DNA from: Chlamydiales bacterium
GTDB taxonomy: Bacteria; Chlamydiota; Chlamydiia; Chlamydiales; JAAKFR01
Length of the DNA stretch: 64,000 bases
NCBI GenBank assembly: GCA_022601535.1
Contig: JAJACK010000001.1
Location: 5,993-69,992 of the forward strand
Direction of reading: 5' to 3'
The notes below the pieces were generated by a model. That model did not search any database and was not told where the DNA came from. It saw only the letters and a program-made list of their open reading frames with translations. Of this stretch, positions 35,787 to 44,004 are shown in pieces. The number at the start of each line of letters is the position of its first letter. Position 1 is the first letter of the stretch. The position numbers were made by a program, and so were the translations under genes.

Positions 35787-37114
35787 TCTAAAATCTCTGC
35801 AGCGAGTGCTGCGAGTTTAGACCTTTCTGTTTTTTCCATAAAGATATGTCCGAAAATTTCTTGATCCTTGAATCGACCGACAAGGTAGGTCAACCCATTT
35901 GAACTTTGATCGAGATAGGGATTATCAATTTGTGTGGGATCTCCTGTGATCACAACCTTTGTATCTTTGCCCGCACGAGAGACAATTGTCTTCACTTCAT
36001 GAGGTGTCAGATTTTGAGCCTCATCGATGATCATATACATTCTTGGCAAAGAGCGTCCTCGAATGTAGGTCACAGCCTCCATCTCAAGTTTTTTGCTCTC
36101 TGTCACCCATTTAAGAGTTTCACTCGGTTCATCTCCAGAGCTATCGCAGAGAAATTCTAAATTGTCATAGATCGGTTGCATCCAATGGATCAATTTTTCT
36201 TCTTTAAGCCCAGGTAAGTAACCAATATCTTTTCCAAGAGGAACAATGGGGCGACTCACCAAAATACGGGAGTATATTCCCTCGTCAAAAACCTTACGGA
36301 GGCCAGCTGCAAGGGCAAGAAGTGTTTTTCCTGTTCCAGCAGGGCCGATCATCGTGACAAGCTTGATGTCATCTCGCAGTAGAAGGTCTAAAGCACAATG
36401 TTGCTCCATATTCAGAGGCTTCAATCCCCAAACATTGGGAGGAAGATGCATTAAACTTGACACTTCTCCTAATTTTGGATTGTATTTTCCCACAGCCGAC
36501 GTATTTTCAGGAGAATTCATCAAGCAATATTCATTGGGAAGAAACTCCTCTCCATCAACGGCCACCTTCCCATCTTTGTAAAAAAGATCGATCGTATGCT
36601 TTGGCAACTCTAACTTCCGGTACCCTCGGTAGAGGTTTCCATAAGAGACCTTTTTATTTTCATACTCTTCAGCCTCAAGACCCATTGCCTCAGCTTTTAC
36701 TCTCATGGCAAGATCTTTTGAGATGAAGACCACCTTCTCTCCTTTCTCATATAAAAAGAGTGCTGCCATCAAAATACGGTAGCTCGTACTGCTCAAAGAG
36801 AGAGAAAAATTTGGACTGTAGTTTGTTTTAACCTCAAGCTGGATCCGAATGCGGGACCCATTCTTTAAAACAACCCCTTTGTGGAGATCCCCCTCCCCCT
36901 GTCCCTTGAGAACTTCAATTGCCCCTAAAGCCATTCGCGCACTTTTTGCAGGCTCATCTCTATGCTTTTTAATCACAGCGAGCTCCTCTAAAACCGCTAG
37001 AGGAATCACAACATCATTATCACCAAAAGCAGAGATCGCCTCCGTGTCATGGATCAAAGTGTTGGTGTCGAGTACAAAGGTCTTTCTGCTCATAAATTTT
37101 GACCATATCCCCAC
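35783..37114 (-). CDS. PhoH2-type protein (N-terminal PIN domain fused to PhoH ATPase)
   Basis: 443 aa. PIN-like 'FVLDTNTLIHD...VIPLAVLEEL' and PhoH 'GPAGTGKTLLALAAG', 'IIDEAQNLTPHEVKTIVSR' and 'KVVITGDPTQID'. Confidence 0.9.
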   Translation of the reverse strand: MGIWSKFMSRKTFVLDTNTLIHDTEAISAFGDNDVVIPLAVLEELAVIKKHRDEPAKSARMALGAIEVLKGQGEGDLHKGVVLKNGSRIRIQLEVKTNYSPNFSLSLSSTSYRILMAALFLYEKGEKVVFISKDLAMRVKAEAMGLEAEEYENKKVSYGNLYRGYRKLELPKHTIDLFYKDGKVAVDGEEFLPNEYCLMNSPENTSAVGKYNPKLGEVSSLMHLPPNVWGLKPLNMEQHCALDLLLRDDIKLVTMIGPAGTGKTLLALAAGLRKVFDEGIYSRILVSRPIVPLGKDIGYLPGLKEEKLIHWMQPIYDNLEFLCDSSGDEPSETLKWVTESKKLEMEAVTYIRGRSLPRMYMIIDEAQNLTPHEVKTIVSRAGKDTKVVITGDPTQIDNPYLDQSSNGLTYLVGRFKDQEIFGHIFMEKTERSKLAALAAEILE

Positions 37115-37143
37115 CCCCTAAATTAGGCAATAAAAATTTGAAA

Positions 37144-37170
37144 TTAGCGCTCTTGATGCAAGAGTGCTAA
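37144..37170. promoter_or_regulatory. 27-nt near-perfect palindrome (candidate operator) in a divergent intergenic region
   Basis: TTAGCGCTCTTG-ATG-CAAGAGTGCTAA, with 11 of 12 arm positions complementary. It ends 7 nt upstream of the candidate -35 box. Confidence 0.3.
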
Positions 37171-37176
37171 AAATTA

Positions 37177-37205
37177 TTGCTTGAAATTCATCGATCAGAT
37201 AGAAT
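37177..37205 (+). promoter_or_regulatory. Candidate sigma-70/66-type promoter (TTGCTT-17 nt-TAGAAT)
   Basis: -35 'TTGCTT' at 37177-37182, a 17-nt spacer, and -10 'TAGAAT' at 37200-37205. SD 'GAGGA' at 37219-37223, ATG at 37232. Confidence 0.4.
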
Positions 37206-37231
37206 AGAGGAAGTAAACGAGGATAAGAGCG

Positions 37232-37954
37232 ATGAAAGCCAAAATAACCGAAAAAATTATTTGCATCCCTCCGTATATTTCAACGAGTTGGGATCGCGTT
37301 ACCTTCATGCAAACAGAAGGAGCTGCGGAAGGAGAATTGACCTTGGTCCTCCATCTCGACGATGGAAAATGTCTTAAAATTCAAAACCTCGATAAAGCGC
37401 TTATCGATCTCGCTTTTTCAGCCCACCTTCAATATCTCGAATCCAAAAATGGCTCCCAAGCAAAAGCAAATTCATTGGGATTTTTGCAAAATTTTCTAGG
37501 CTCAACTCCTGAACAACTAGAGTCGATGCCGATTAAATTTGGAATTTCTGGTGTGCCAGGTCTTGAAAATTTCGAGGCAGTGATGCAACACAACTCCACT
37601 CAAGCCGATGCTGAAGACCTACCCTCAGAGGTGTTGGAAAAAATTGGCCAAATGACAAAGATGATCGGTGGTGGAGATCTCAATGCATTTCCCAAACCAG
37701 AACCTCACTGCAACTGCCCCCACTGCCAACTTGCAAGAGCTGTGCATGGTATAGAAAAGGAAGACGTTGATCCTGTCTCTGACGAAGATCTCAAGTTTCG
37801 TGATTGGGAAATTCAGCAAAACGGAGAGAATCTCTATACCGTCACAAACCCTCTCGATTCCCTCGAACAGTACAACGTTTTTCTTGGTCAACCGGTTGGC
37901 TGCACCTGCGGAAAAGAGCACTGCGAGCACATCAAAGCTGTTTTGTTGAATTAA
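37232..37954 (+). CDS. Hypothetical protein with C-terminal SWIM-like zinc finger
   Basis: 240 aa. The C-terminus 'VGCTCGKEHCEHIKAVLL' fits CxC-x(n)-CxH followed by the usual 'h.A.ll'. An additional 'CNCPHCQLARAVH' is present. Confidence 0.5.
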   Translation: MKAKITEKIICIPPYISTSWDRVTFMQTEGAAEGELTLVLHLDDGKCLKIQNLDKALIDLAFSAHLQYLESKNGSQAKANSLGFLQNFLGSTPEQLESMPIKFGISGVPGLENFEAVMQHNSTQADAEDLPSEVLEKIGQMTKMIGGGDLNAFPKPEPHCNCPHCQLARAVHGIEKEDVDPVSDEDLKFRDWEIQQNGENLYTVTNPLDSLEQYNVFLGQPVGCTCGKEHCEHIKAVLLN

Positions 37955-38018
37955 CACTTGAACAATTCTTCTAAAATTTGTACAAATGGTGCAAATCAAT
38001 AGACTCAAGGAGAAGTTC

Positions 38019-39221
38019 ATGTTGTCAAAGCTTCCTATTATTTTCGCATCTCTACTTTTTTGCTCTACCGGTATCGCTCAATCCCCGTTTGAGCCTTTCA
38101 CTGGTACAGTGACTGGAACAAAAGTGAGATTACGGACACATCCCAGCTTAGAGGGACATGTCGTACGGGAAACCAACTACGGCGAATTCATCGCAGTTAT
38201 CGGTGAAGAAGAAGGTTACTACGCTGTCAGCCCATCTAAGGGAACAAAGGGATATATCTTTAGAACCTTTGTCTTAGATGGCGTTGTCGAAGGAGAACAT
38301 GTCAATGTTCGCCTCTATCCCGATATTGAAGCCCCTGTTGTGGCTCAACTCAATACAGGGGATCAAATCGAATCTGTTGTCTGTGACACCAATAACAAAT
38401 GGCTTGTCATCGATCTACCGAAAGAATCACACTTCTACATCGCCAATGAGTACTGTGAAAGGTGTGGACCTATTGAGCTTCTCGCTCAAATGGAGGCGCG
38501 GCAAACAGAAGCGGCTCACAAGCTCCATGCAGCATTTCTCTACGCTCAAACACAGATCCAAAAGCCTCTACAAGCGATTGATCTAGACTCTGTGAACACC
38601 CGCTTTGAAGCGCTTGTCAACGAATATGGAGATCTCGATGAAATTGTCGACAATGCAAATGAAGCAAGTCGTCTCATTCAAGAAGTTTATGTCCAAAAGA
38701 AAATCGCTTTTCTAGAGAGTAAAGCCGATCACAAAGCGCAAGTTGTGGAACTCAACTCCGCTCACGTTGAAAAGCTCGCTTCTCTCGGCATTCATATCAA
38801 GCAAACACATGAAGAGAGCGATTTTGGCCTCATTGGAGAAGCATCTGCAACAACTATCGGACTTGCAGCAACCCTTTCTGATGAAAACCTCACCGACAAA
38901 ATGCGCGCTTGGGAGCCGCTTGAAGAAGCACTCTACCACCTGTGGGCCGCAACCAATGGCGACCGTTCAATCGAAGAATTCTACCGCGAAGAAGGACAAG
39001 AAGCGATTGTCCTAAGTGGATTCATCGAACCGTACAACCGCCCGGTAAAAAACCTGCCAGGAGACTTCCTTCTACGTTGTGATAACCACCCTGTTGCTTT
39101 CCTCTATAGCACACGGGTTAACCTCCAACATCTTGTTGGGAAAAATATCACCGTGATCGCAGCGCCTAGAGCAAATAATAATTTTGCCTTCCCTGCTTAT
39201 TACGTCCTTGGCGTTGAATAA
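38019..39221 (+). CDS. Secreted protein with two bacterial SH3 (SH3b) domains (Ctad1/CT017-like position)
   Basis: ATG 38019 gives the signal peptide 'MLSKLPIIFASLLFCSTGIAQ'. 'GTVTGTKVRLRTHPSLEGHVVRETNYGEFIAVIGEEEGYYAV' and 'GEHVNVRLYPDIEAPVVAQLNTGDQIESVV...WLVI' are SH3b-like. Confidence 0.7.
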   Translation: MLSKLPIIFASLLFCSTGIAQSPFEPFTGTVTGTKVRLRTHPSLEGHVVRETNYGEFIAVIGEEEGYYAVSPSKGTKGYIFRTFVLDGVVEGEHVNVRLYPDIEAPVVAQLNTGDQIESVVCDTNNKWLVIDLPKESHFYIANEYCERCGPIELLAQMEARQTEAAHKLHAAFLYAQTQIQKPLQAIDLDSVNTRFEALVNEYGDLDEIVDNANEASRLIQEVYVQKKIAFLESKADHKAQVVELNSAHVEKLASLGIHIKQTHEESDFGLIGEASATTIGLAATLSDENLTDKMRAWEPLEEALYHLWAATNGDRSIEEFYREEGQEAIVLSGFIEPYNRPVKNLPGDFLLRCDNHPVAFLYSTRVNLQHLVGKNITVIAAPRANNNFAFPAYYVLGVE

Positions 39222-39231
39222 AAACACCTAA

Positions 39232-39263
39232 ACCTCTAAGTGGAAACACTTAGAGGTTTTTTT
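39232..39263 (+). terminator. Rho-independent terminator
   Basis: 'ACCTCTAAGTG-GAAA-CACTTAGAGGT' forms an 11-bp perfect stem with a GAAA loop, followed by a 7-T run overlapping the last stem base. It lies 11 nt after the stop at 39221. Confidence 0.8.
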
Positions 39264-39324
39264 ATGCTTGTTAAAATCACTCTTCTTGTTATGATACCTT
39301 CAAACACTTAACAAGGAGCTATTT

Positions 39325-39681
39325 ATGAAATATCTTTTACCTCTTATTCTCTCTTCCCTCTCTCTTACAGCTTTTGCTTCAGAGCTTGATGAAAATCTCA
39401 ACCACCTCGACAGCAAAATGGTCTTTGCACATAGCGAAGGAGAAAGATACCAACGTCTAGCTGACGAAACAACAGACTTTGAAGAAAAGGGGCTCTACCT
39501 CAACCAATCTATTGAATTTTTCAAGCTAGAAGGAAAGTTAGGAATCGAACGCAACCTATACAATTTCATTTCTTTATGTGAGAGTGAATTGAAGTCTGAT
39601 AGCTGGAGTGATTGGGATGATGACAATGAAATAAGTGTTTTCGAGCAAAAACATCCTATTCTAAATAATTTTATTAAATAA
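39325..39681 (+). CDS. Small secreted hypothetical protein
   Basis: 118 aa. Signal peptide 'MKYLLPLILSSLSLTAFA' and an acidic C-terminus 'SDSWSDWDDDNE'. No known domain. Confidence 0.5.
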   Translation: MKYLLPLILSSLSLTAFASELDENLNHLDSKMVFAHSEGERYQRLADETTDFEEKGLYLNQSIEFFKLEGKLGIERNLYNFISLCESELKSDSWSDWDDDNEISVFEQKHPILNNFIK

Positions 39682-39733
39682 ATCTGAATAAATATTGCAT
39701 TATTTTAATATTTTAAAATAAAATTATAGAATA

Positions 39734-42700
39734 ATGCCAAATAGAATTACACCTAAATTTTCGCCTGAAAGTCCCCCACCACCTAAAGGGGGTGGGGAAT
39801 CAAAGATTACCGCTGCCACCCAAAAGGCTCTTTGTGGCACTCAATTCAACGCCCTTTGCTCTTCCTCCTGGTCTCATACAGTAGTTCAGCAATCTGACTC
39901 TAAAGAATCGGTAGTTGCAAGAAAAATTCTTACTCCTCAAGAACAAAAGAACTGCTTAGAAGAGCTATTCACGCAGATAGAAACAGTCACCGAGATTGAA
40001 TCTTCAGGATCGATCGACCTTGAGTTAATCGATCAGCTTCTAACAATAGAGTCCTTTTCTCAGAATAGTCTGACTCAACTGAATAGCAAAATCGAGGAAT
40101 GTGATCATACACTCCCAAATGAAACGACACAAAAACTTGCAACTCTTCTACTCCATATTTACACCCATCTAGACAATACCCAACCGTTTTCTCGAGAGGA
40201 ATTAGTAGAGATAGGCACTCTCACCACCCCATTTATCCCCTATTTCGAATCAGGTAGGCTCTTTTCAGACTTCATATCTCTTCTGATTATCACCCCTAAA
40301 GATCGGAGAGCAGAGCTCATTGAAACTGCAACCCCTTATCTAAGACATACCGATCAACGTGAAATCATTGAAGGAATTGCTAATATTCTTTATCAAGCAA
40401 AAGAAGATCTCTCTTTTGAGGAGCGACAAGCAATCGTTAGAGATGCAGCGATTTGTTTTGATCAATGCACGGAAAAACCTGATGATGTCCCAAGCTACTT
40501 CCCTAATATTCTAAACTGTGTCAATAAGCTTTCTAAAGATCGTAGAGAGATTGTCAAAGCTATCAGTTCTTCTTTTTCTGGAGAGTCGGCTGGAGCCAAA
40601 ATTTTCTATGTACTGTCAGCAATTGAACCAACAACATCTCTTGCTCAAGTAAAAGCGATGCTATCTATTTATAAAGGAATTAAGAAGACAGATGATGAGA
40701 ACGATTCACTTGAAATTCTGAAAAATTTCTTTGTCTCCATGGTAAAATTGCCAGAAAAGGATGTCGGTCCCATTGTTGATACATCCATTAAATTTCTTGA
40801 GATCTATGGTGGATGTATTCAATATTCACAAGGCAAACTATCAGATTTGGCCACTTTTATAACAAAAGTTGGGCAACTCCCTTCAGAAAAACGTCAATTT
40901 TTCGCTCAAGAAGGTGGAGATAATAAACACCGCATTGCTGCTAGTGCGCTGGCAGAAAAAAAATCTCTCAAAGATCTTATTCATCTGTCTGAAAGTGTTG
41001 TATTAATCCCTGAAGAGCAAGTCAAAGACATCGTTCAAGCAGCGGATCAAATGAGGCCGATCGATGGGTCGCCTAGTATCGATAGGTCGTCTAATTTTGT
41101 GCAGGCAAGTTTAACTCTCCCTGCAGAAACCAGAGTCTCTACAGTTAAAACACTGATCCCCTTTATTAAAAACCCAATGCAATGGGACAGAGAAGGTCTT
41201 GAAAAGCTCTTTGCTCTCTTTACCGATCTATCACAAGAGGAGACAGCAGCTTTCATAAAACCCTTTAAACAAGTGAATACACCTTGGTCTCTAAATAAGT
41301 TGACTGAAGTTTTGACCAAGAATAAAGAACTTCCTGCTGATGAAAGAGGTGTTGTCTTAAGCTCTGCACTTCCTTATTTAGATACTGTACCCTTCGGCCT
41401 AGATTCGTTTATGGCTGTTTTAACCGCTCTTAAAGAGATCCCTCAATCAAATAGAGCTGAAACAATCAATAATTTAGAACCTTACAAAAAAACTGCTGAA
41501 GAAAATCATCGTCCTATCCAAGGAGAGCTCTATGCAGGTCTACTCACCCTTGTGAATAAAAACCGTCATGTTGTTTCTCTTCTAGAGATGGCGGCTCCTC
41601 AAACCGAGGCTAATTTAAGAGAAATATATGATTTCTTTAAGGAATTTAAGACCGAAAAAATAGATGTTTTTCACCGTTTGGCTAAAAAGCTTGAGCCTCA
41701 ATTTGAGAATGAAAGATTGGAATTGTGGGGAGCTCTCTATTTCTCAGCAGGTACTTTAGAACACTTAACAACACTTGCTTCAAACCCCGACATCACTCAG
41801 GAAACAATCTTTACACACTTTCAAAACTTTTTAGAAACAAGCGCAAATCAAGAATGCGTGGAAGAACTTGCACGCATTGTTACCTCCGTAAGTGATGATG
41901 ATGTACTCCTCTGGGGACTTAATTTTGACCACCCGCTTGTTCAAACAGCCATTGCAACACTTGCAGTTGCCGAACAAGATGGTATAACAAATCCCTACAC
42001 CATCTATAAAAAACATCAAGAGCGTGATCTTATAAACTTTCGTCCTAATCCTAGCGTTGTTGCAGGGGAAATGGTTGCTCTAGATCCTGCAGCTTTCCAA
42101 AAAACTTCTGAGCAATACAACCTCACCACCTCTGATCTTCCAGAGGGAGTGACCGAAACAACCTGGAAAGATCTTTGTGCTCCTCTATTAGAACATCCAA
42201 AAAGTGAAGAGGAAATTGTAACATTGACTGGGTGCTCTTGGGATGCAATTGAACTCTCTATCAAAAGCCCATTGATGCACAGCCTCCTTAAAAGTGCTCC
42301 TGATCAACCTCTTTCAATCCTCCAAGCTCAATTTGCCTCTGTTCTCTGGTTTCTAAAAGAAGAGGGTAATGAAGAAACCATCTACAAGGTTATTGCTGGA
42401 ATCCAACACTGTCGAGGAGGAAAAGAAGAGGGAATAGCTCTCACATATAACCAACTTCCACCAAAATATAAGATCAAAAAACAAGTAGCTCAAAGTGGAA
42501 GTCCACAAGAAAATGCAGCTTTTGAATACCTCGCCTCTTTTGCTCAAAAATACCTTCTCGATCAATTCAGTGGAACAAATGCTCTTATGAAAGAGCTAAT
42601 AGGAAAAGATAATGAGATTTCCCAAGCAGTACACCAAGCTCTCTATCTAAAAAATCTCATCGGGAAAAGTGTGGGATTGGCACATGAAATTCGGTTTGAC

Positions 42701-42964
42701 CCTCATACAGGCGTTGTGTATGACTCTCTCCTTACAAAAACTCCTCAAGAAGCACTTGAGGTTTTCTATAAATATGTGACTCCAGAAGCATTTGCCGAAG
42801 CGTTATGCCAAGCTGCGCCCCCTTATGAAACTCTCAGTCCAATTGTTTCTGATCCTCAATCGAGCTGGGAATTAGAGGAAGAAGATGATTACAGTTATAG
42901 ACTCACACTTGCTGGGGCACGCGATCTTCTTCTCAAAGCTGGCTACCTCTCCCCTTCTCAATAA
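39734..42964 (+). CDS. Large hypothetical protein with about 12 degenerate ~38-aa helical repeats (candidate effector)
   Basis: 1076 aa with an AT-rich upstream region and a Pro-rich N-terminus 'SPESPPPPKGGG'. A recurring module '(L/I)(P/S)xx(D/E)(R)xx(I/V)(V/I)xxxxxP(Y/F)(L/I)' appears about every 36-43 residues between aa ~150 and ~590. Confidence 0.6.
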   Translation: MPNRITPKFSPESPPPPKGGGESKITAATQKALCGTQFNALCSSSWSHTVVQQSDSKESVVARKILTPQEQKNCLEELFTQIETVTEIESSGSIDLELIDQLLTIESFSQNSLTQLNSKIEECDHTLPNETTQKLATLLLHIYTHLDNTQPFSREELVEIGTLTTPFIPYFESGRLFSDFISLLIITPKDRRAELIETATPYLRHTDQREIIEGIANILYQAKEDLSFEERQAIVRDAAICFDQCTEKPDDVPSYFPNILNCVNKLSKDRREIVKAISSSFSGESAGAKIFYVLSAIEPTTSLAQVKAMLSIYKGIKKTDDENDSLEILKNFFVSMVKLPEKDVGPIVDTSIKFLEIYGGCIQYSQGKLSDLATFITKVGQLPSEKRQFFAQEGGDNKHRIAASALAEKKSLKDLIHLSESVVLIPEEQVKDIVQAADQMRPIDGSPSIDRSSNFVQASLTLPAETRVSTVKTLIPFIKNPMQWDREGLEKLFALFTDLSQEETAAFIKPFKQVNTPWSLNKLTEVLTKNKELPADERGVVLSSALPYLDTVPFGLDSFMAVLTALKEIPQSNRAETINNLEPYKKTAEENHRPIQGELYAGLLTLVNKNRHVVSLLEMAAPQTEANLREIYDFFKEFKTEKIDVFHRLAKKLEPQFENERLELWGALYFSAGTLEHLTTLASNPDITQETIFTHFQNFLETSANQECVEELARIVTSVSDDDVLLWGLNFDHPLVQTAIATLAVAEQDGITNPYTIYKKHQERDLINFRPNPSVVAGEMVALDPAAFQKTSEQYNLTTSDLPEGVTETTWKDLCAPLLEHPKSEEEIVTLTGCSWDAIELSIKSPLMHSLLKSAPDQPLSILQAQFASVLWFLKEEGNEETIYKVIAGIQHCRGGKEEGIALTYNQLPPKYKIKKQVAQSGSPQENAAFEYLASFAQKYLLDQFSGTNALMKELIGKDNEISQAVHQALYLKNLIGKSVGLAHEIRFDPHTGVVYDSLLTKTPQEALEVFYKYVTPEAFAEALCQAAPPYETLSPIVSDPQSSWELEEEDDYSYRLTLAGARDLLLKAGYLSPSQ

Positions 42965-43995
42965 GAGTGGTCATCGATAACCACTTTTCCATGAAAAATG
43001 GTGTAGACCCAAACCATATAGGCGATCACAAGGGGAATCCCAATCGCTGTGATCACCATAAGCACTTTGAGAGTAGCAAGGGATGAGGAAGTGTTGAAGA
43101 TCGTGAGACTATACTCAGGGTTGGTGCTCGAACGGATGAGATCGGGAAAGACTCCACATGCAAAGAGAGTGATCAAAAAGAGGACGTTGAGACAAGAAAA
43201 GACAAAGGCTGTTCCAAATCGATTTTTGTAAACGGCAAAGGGGATGCCGATAATAACAAGGAGATTGAGAGCTGGTATGATAAAAAACCAAGGGGAACGT
43301 TCAAAACGGGCAATCATATGTTCATGGAGCGTGATGGTAAGGACTGTTGTCAAAATATAGAGGGCAAGAAAAGCAAATGTTACAGGCAAGGCATACTTTT
43401 TATACCGCTCTTGAAGCGTCCCCTCTGTCTTCATCACAAGAAAAATTGTGGCATGGAGGATGAAGATTGAAAGTCCAAAAACCCCGACAAGAATGGGATA
43501 GGGACGTAGAAAGGTCATGATGATTCCACCTGTATATTGGTGATATTCATTGAGCGGAATCCCCGCAACAAAGTTTCCAAGAGCAACTCCCACTGCAAAG
43601 GCGATAAGTAAACTTGCTAAACAAAAGAAGGTGTCCCACATATTTCGCCACCACTTATAGGGACGTTTACTCCGAAATTCAATCGCAACAGCTCGGAAAA
43701 TAAGAGAGAAAATAAGAATCATGATCGGTGTGTAAAAAGCCGACATCATCGTTGCATAGACAAGGGGAAAACCTGCAAAAAGTGCTCCGACAACAACGAC
43801 GAGCCAAACTTCATTTCCATCCCAAACAGGACCGATTGCATTGTAACAAATTCTTCGCTCCATATCGGTCTTGTTGCTCGGCATCAAAATACCCACTCCA
43901 AGGTCAAATCCATCGAGCATAGCATACTGTGCCATGCACACCATGATGATGATAAACCAAAAAATCATAAATCCATATTCGACTCCACTTATCAT
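42958..43995 (-). CDS. cydB: Cytochrome bd ubiquinol oxidase subunit II
   Basis: 'AMLDGFDLGVGIL', 'GPVWDGNEVWLVV' and 8-9 TM helices. ATG 43995 lies 5 nt after SD 'AGGAGA'; an in-frame GTG at 43998 is also possible. Confidence 0.92.
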   Translation of the reverse strand: MISGVEYGFMIFWFIIIMVCMAQYAMLDGFDLGVGILMPSNKTDMERRICYNAIGPVWDGNEVWLVVVVGALFAGFPLVYATMMSAFYTPIMILIFSLIFRAVAIEFRSKRPYKWWRNMWDTFFCLASLLIAFAVGVALGNFVAGIPLNEYHQYTGGIIMTFLRPYPILVGVFGLSIFILHATIFLVMKTEGTLQERYKKYALPVTFAFLALYILTTVLTITLHEHMIARFERSPWFFIIPALNLLVIIGIPFAVYKNRFGTAFVFSCLNVLFLITLFACGVFPDLIRSSTNPEYSLTIFNTSSSLATLKVLMVITAIGIPLVIAYMVWVYTIFHGKVVIDDHSY

Positions 43996-44004
43996 CACTT
44001 TCTC

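Noticed and set aside
42407-42433. 'HCRGGKEEG' in the 1076-aa protein, resembling a tyrosine-phosphatase HCx5R P-loop.
   Set aside because: The position that should hold the invariant Arg is Glu, and no WPD-like loop is apparent.
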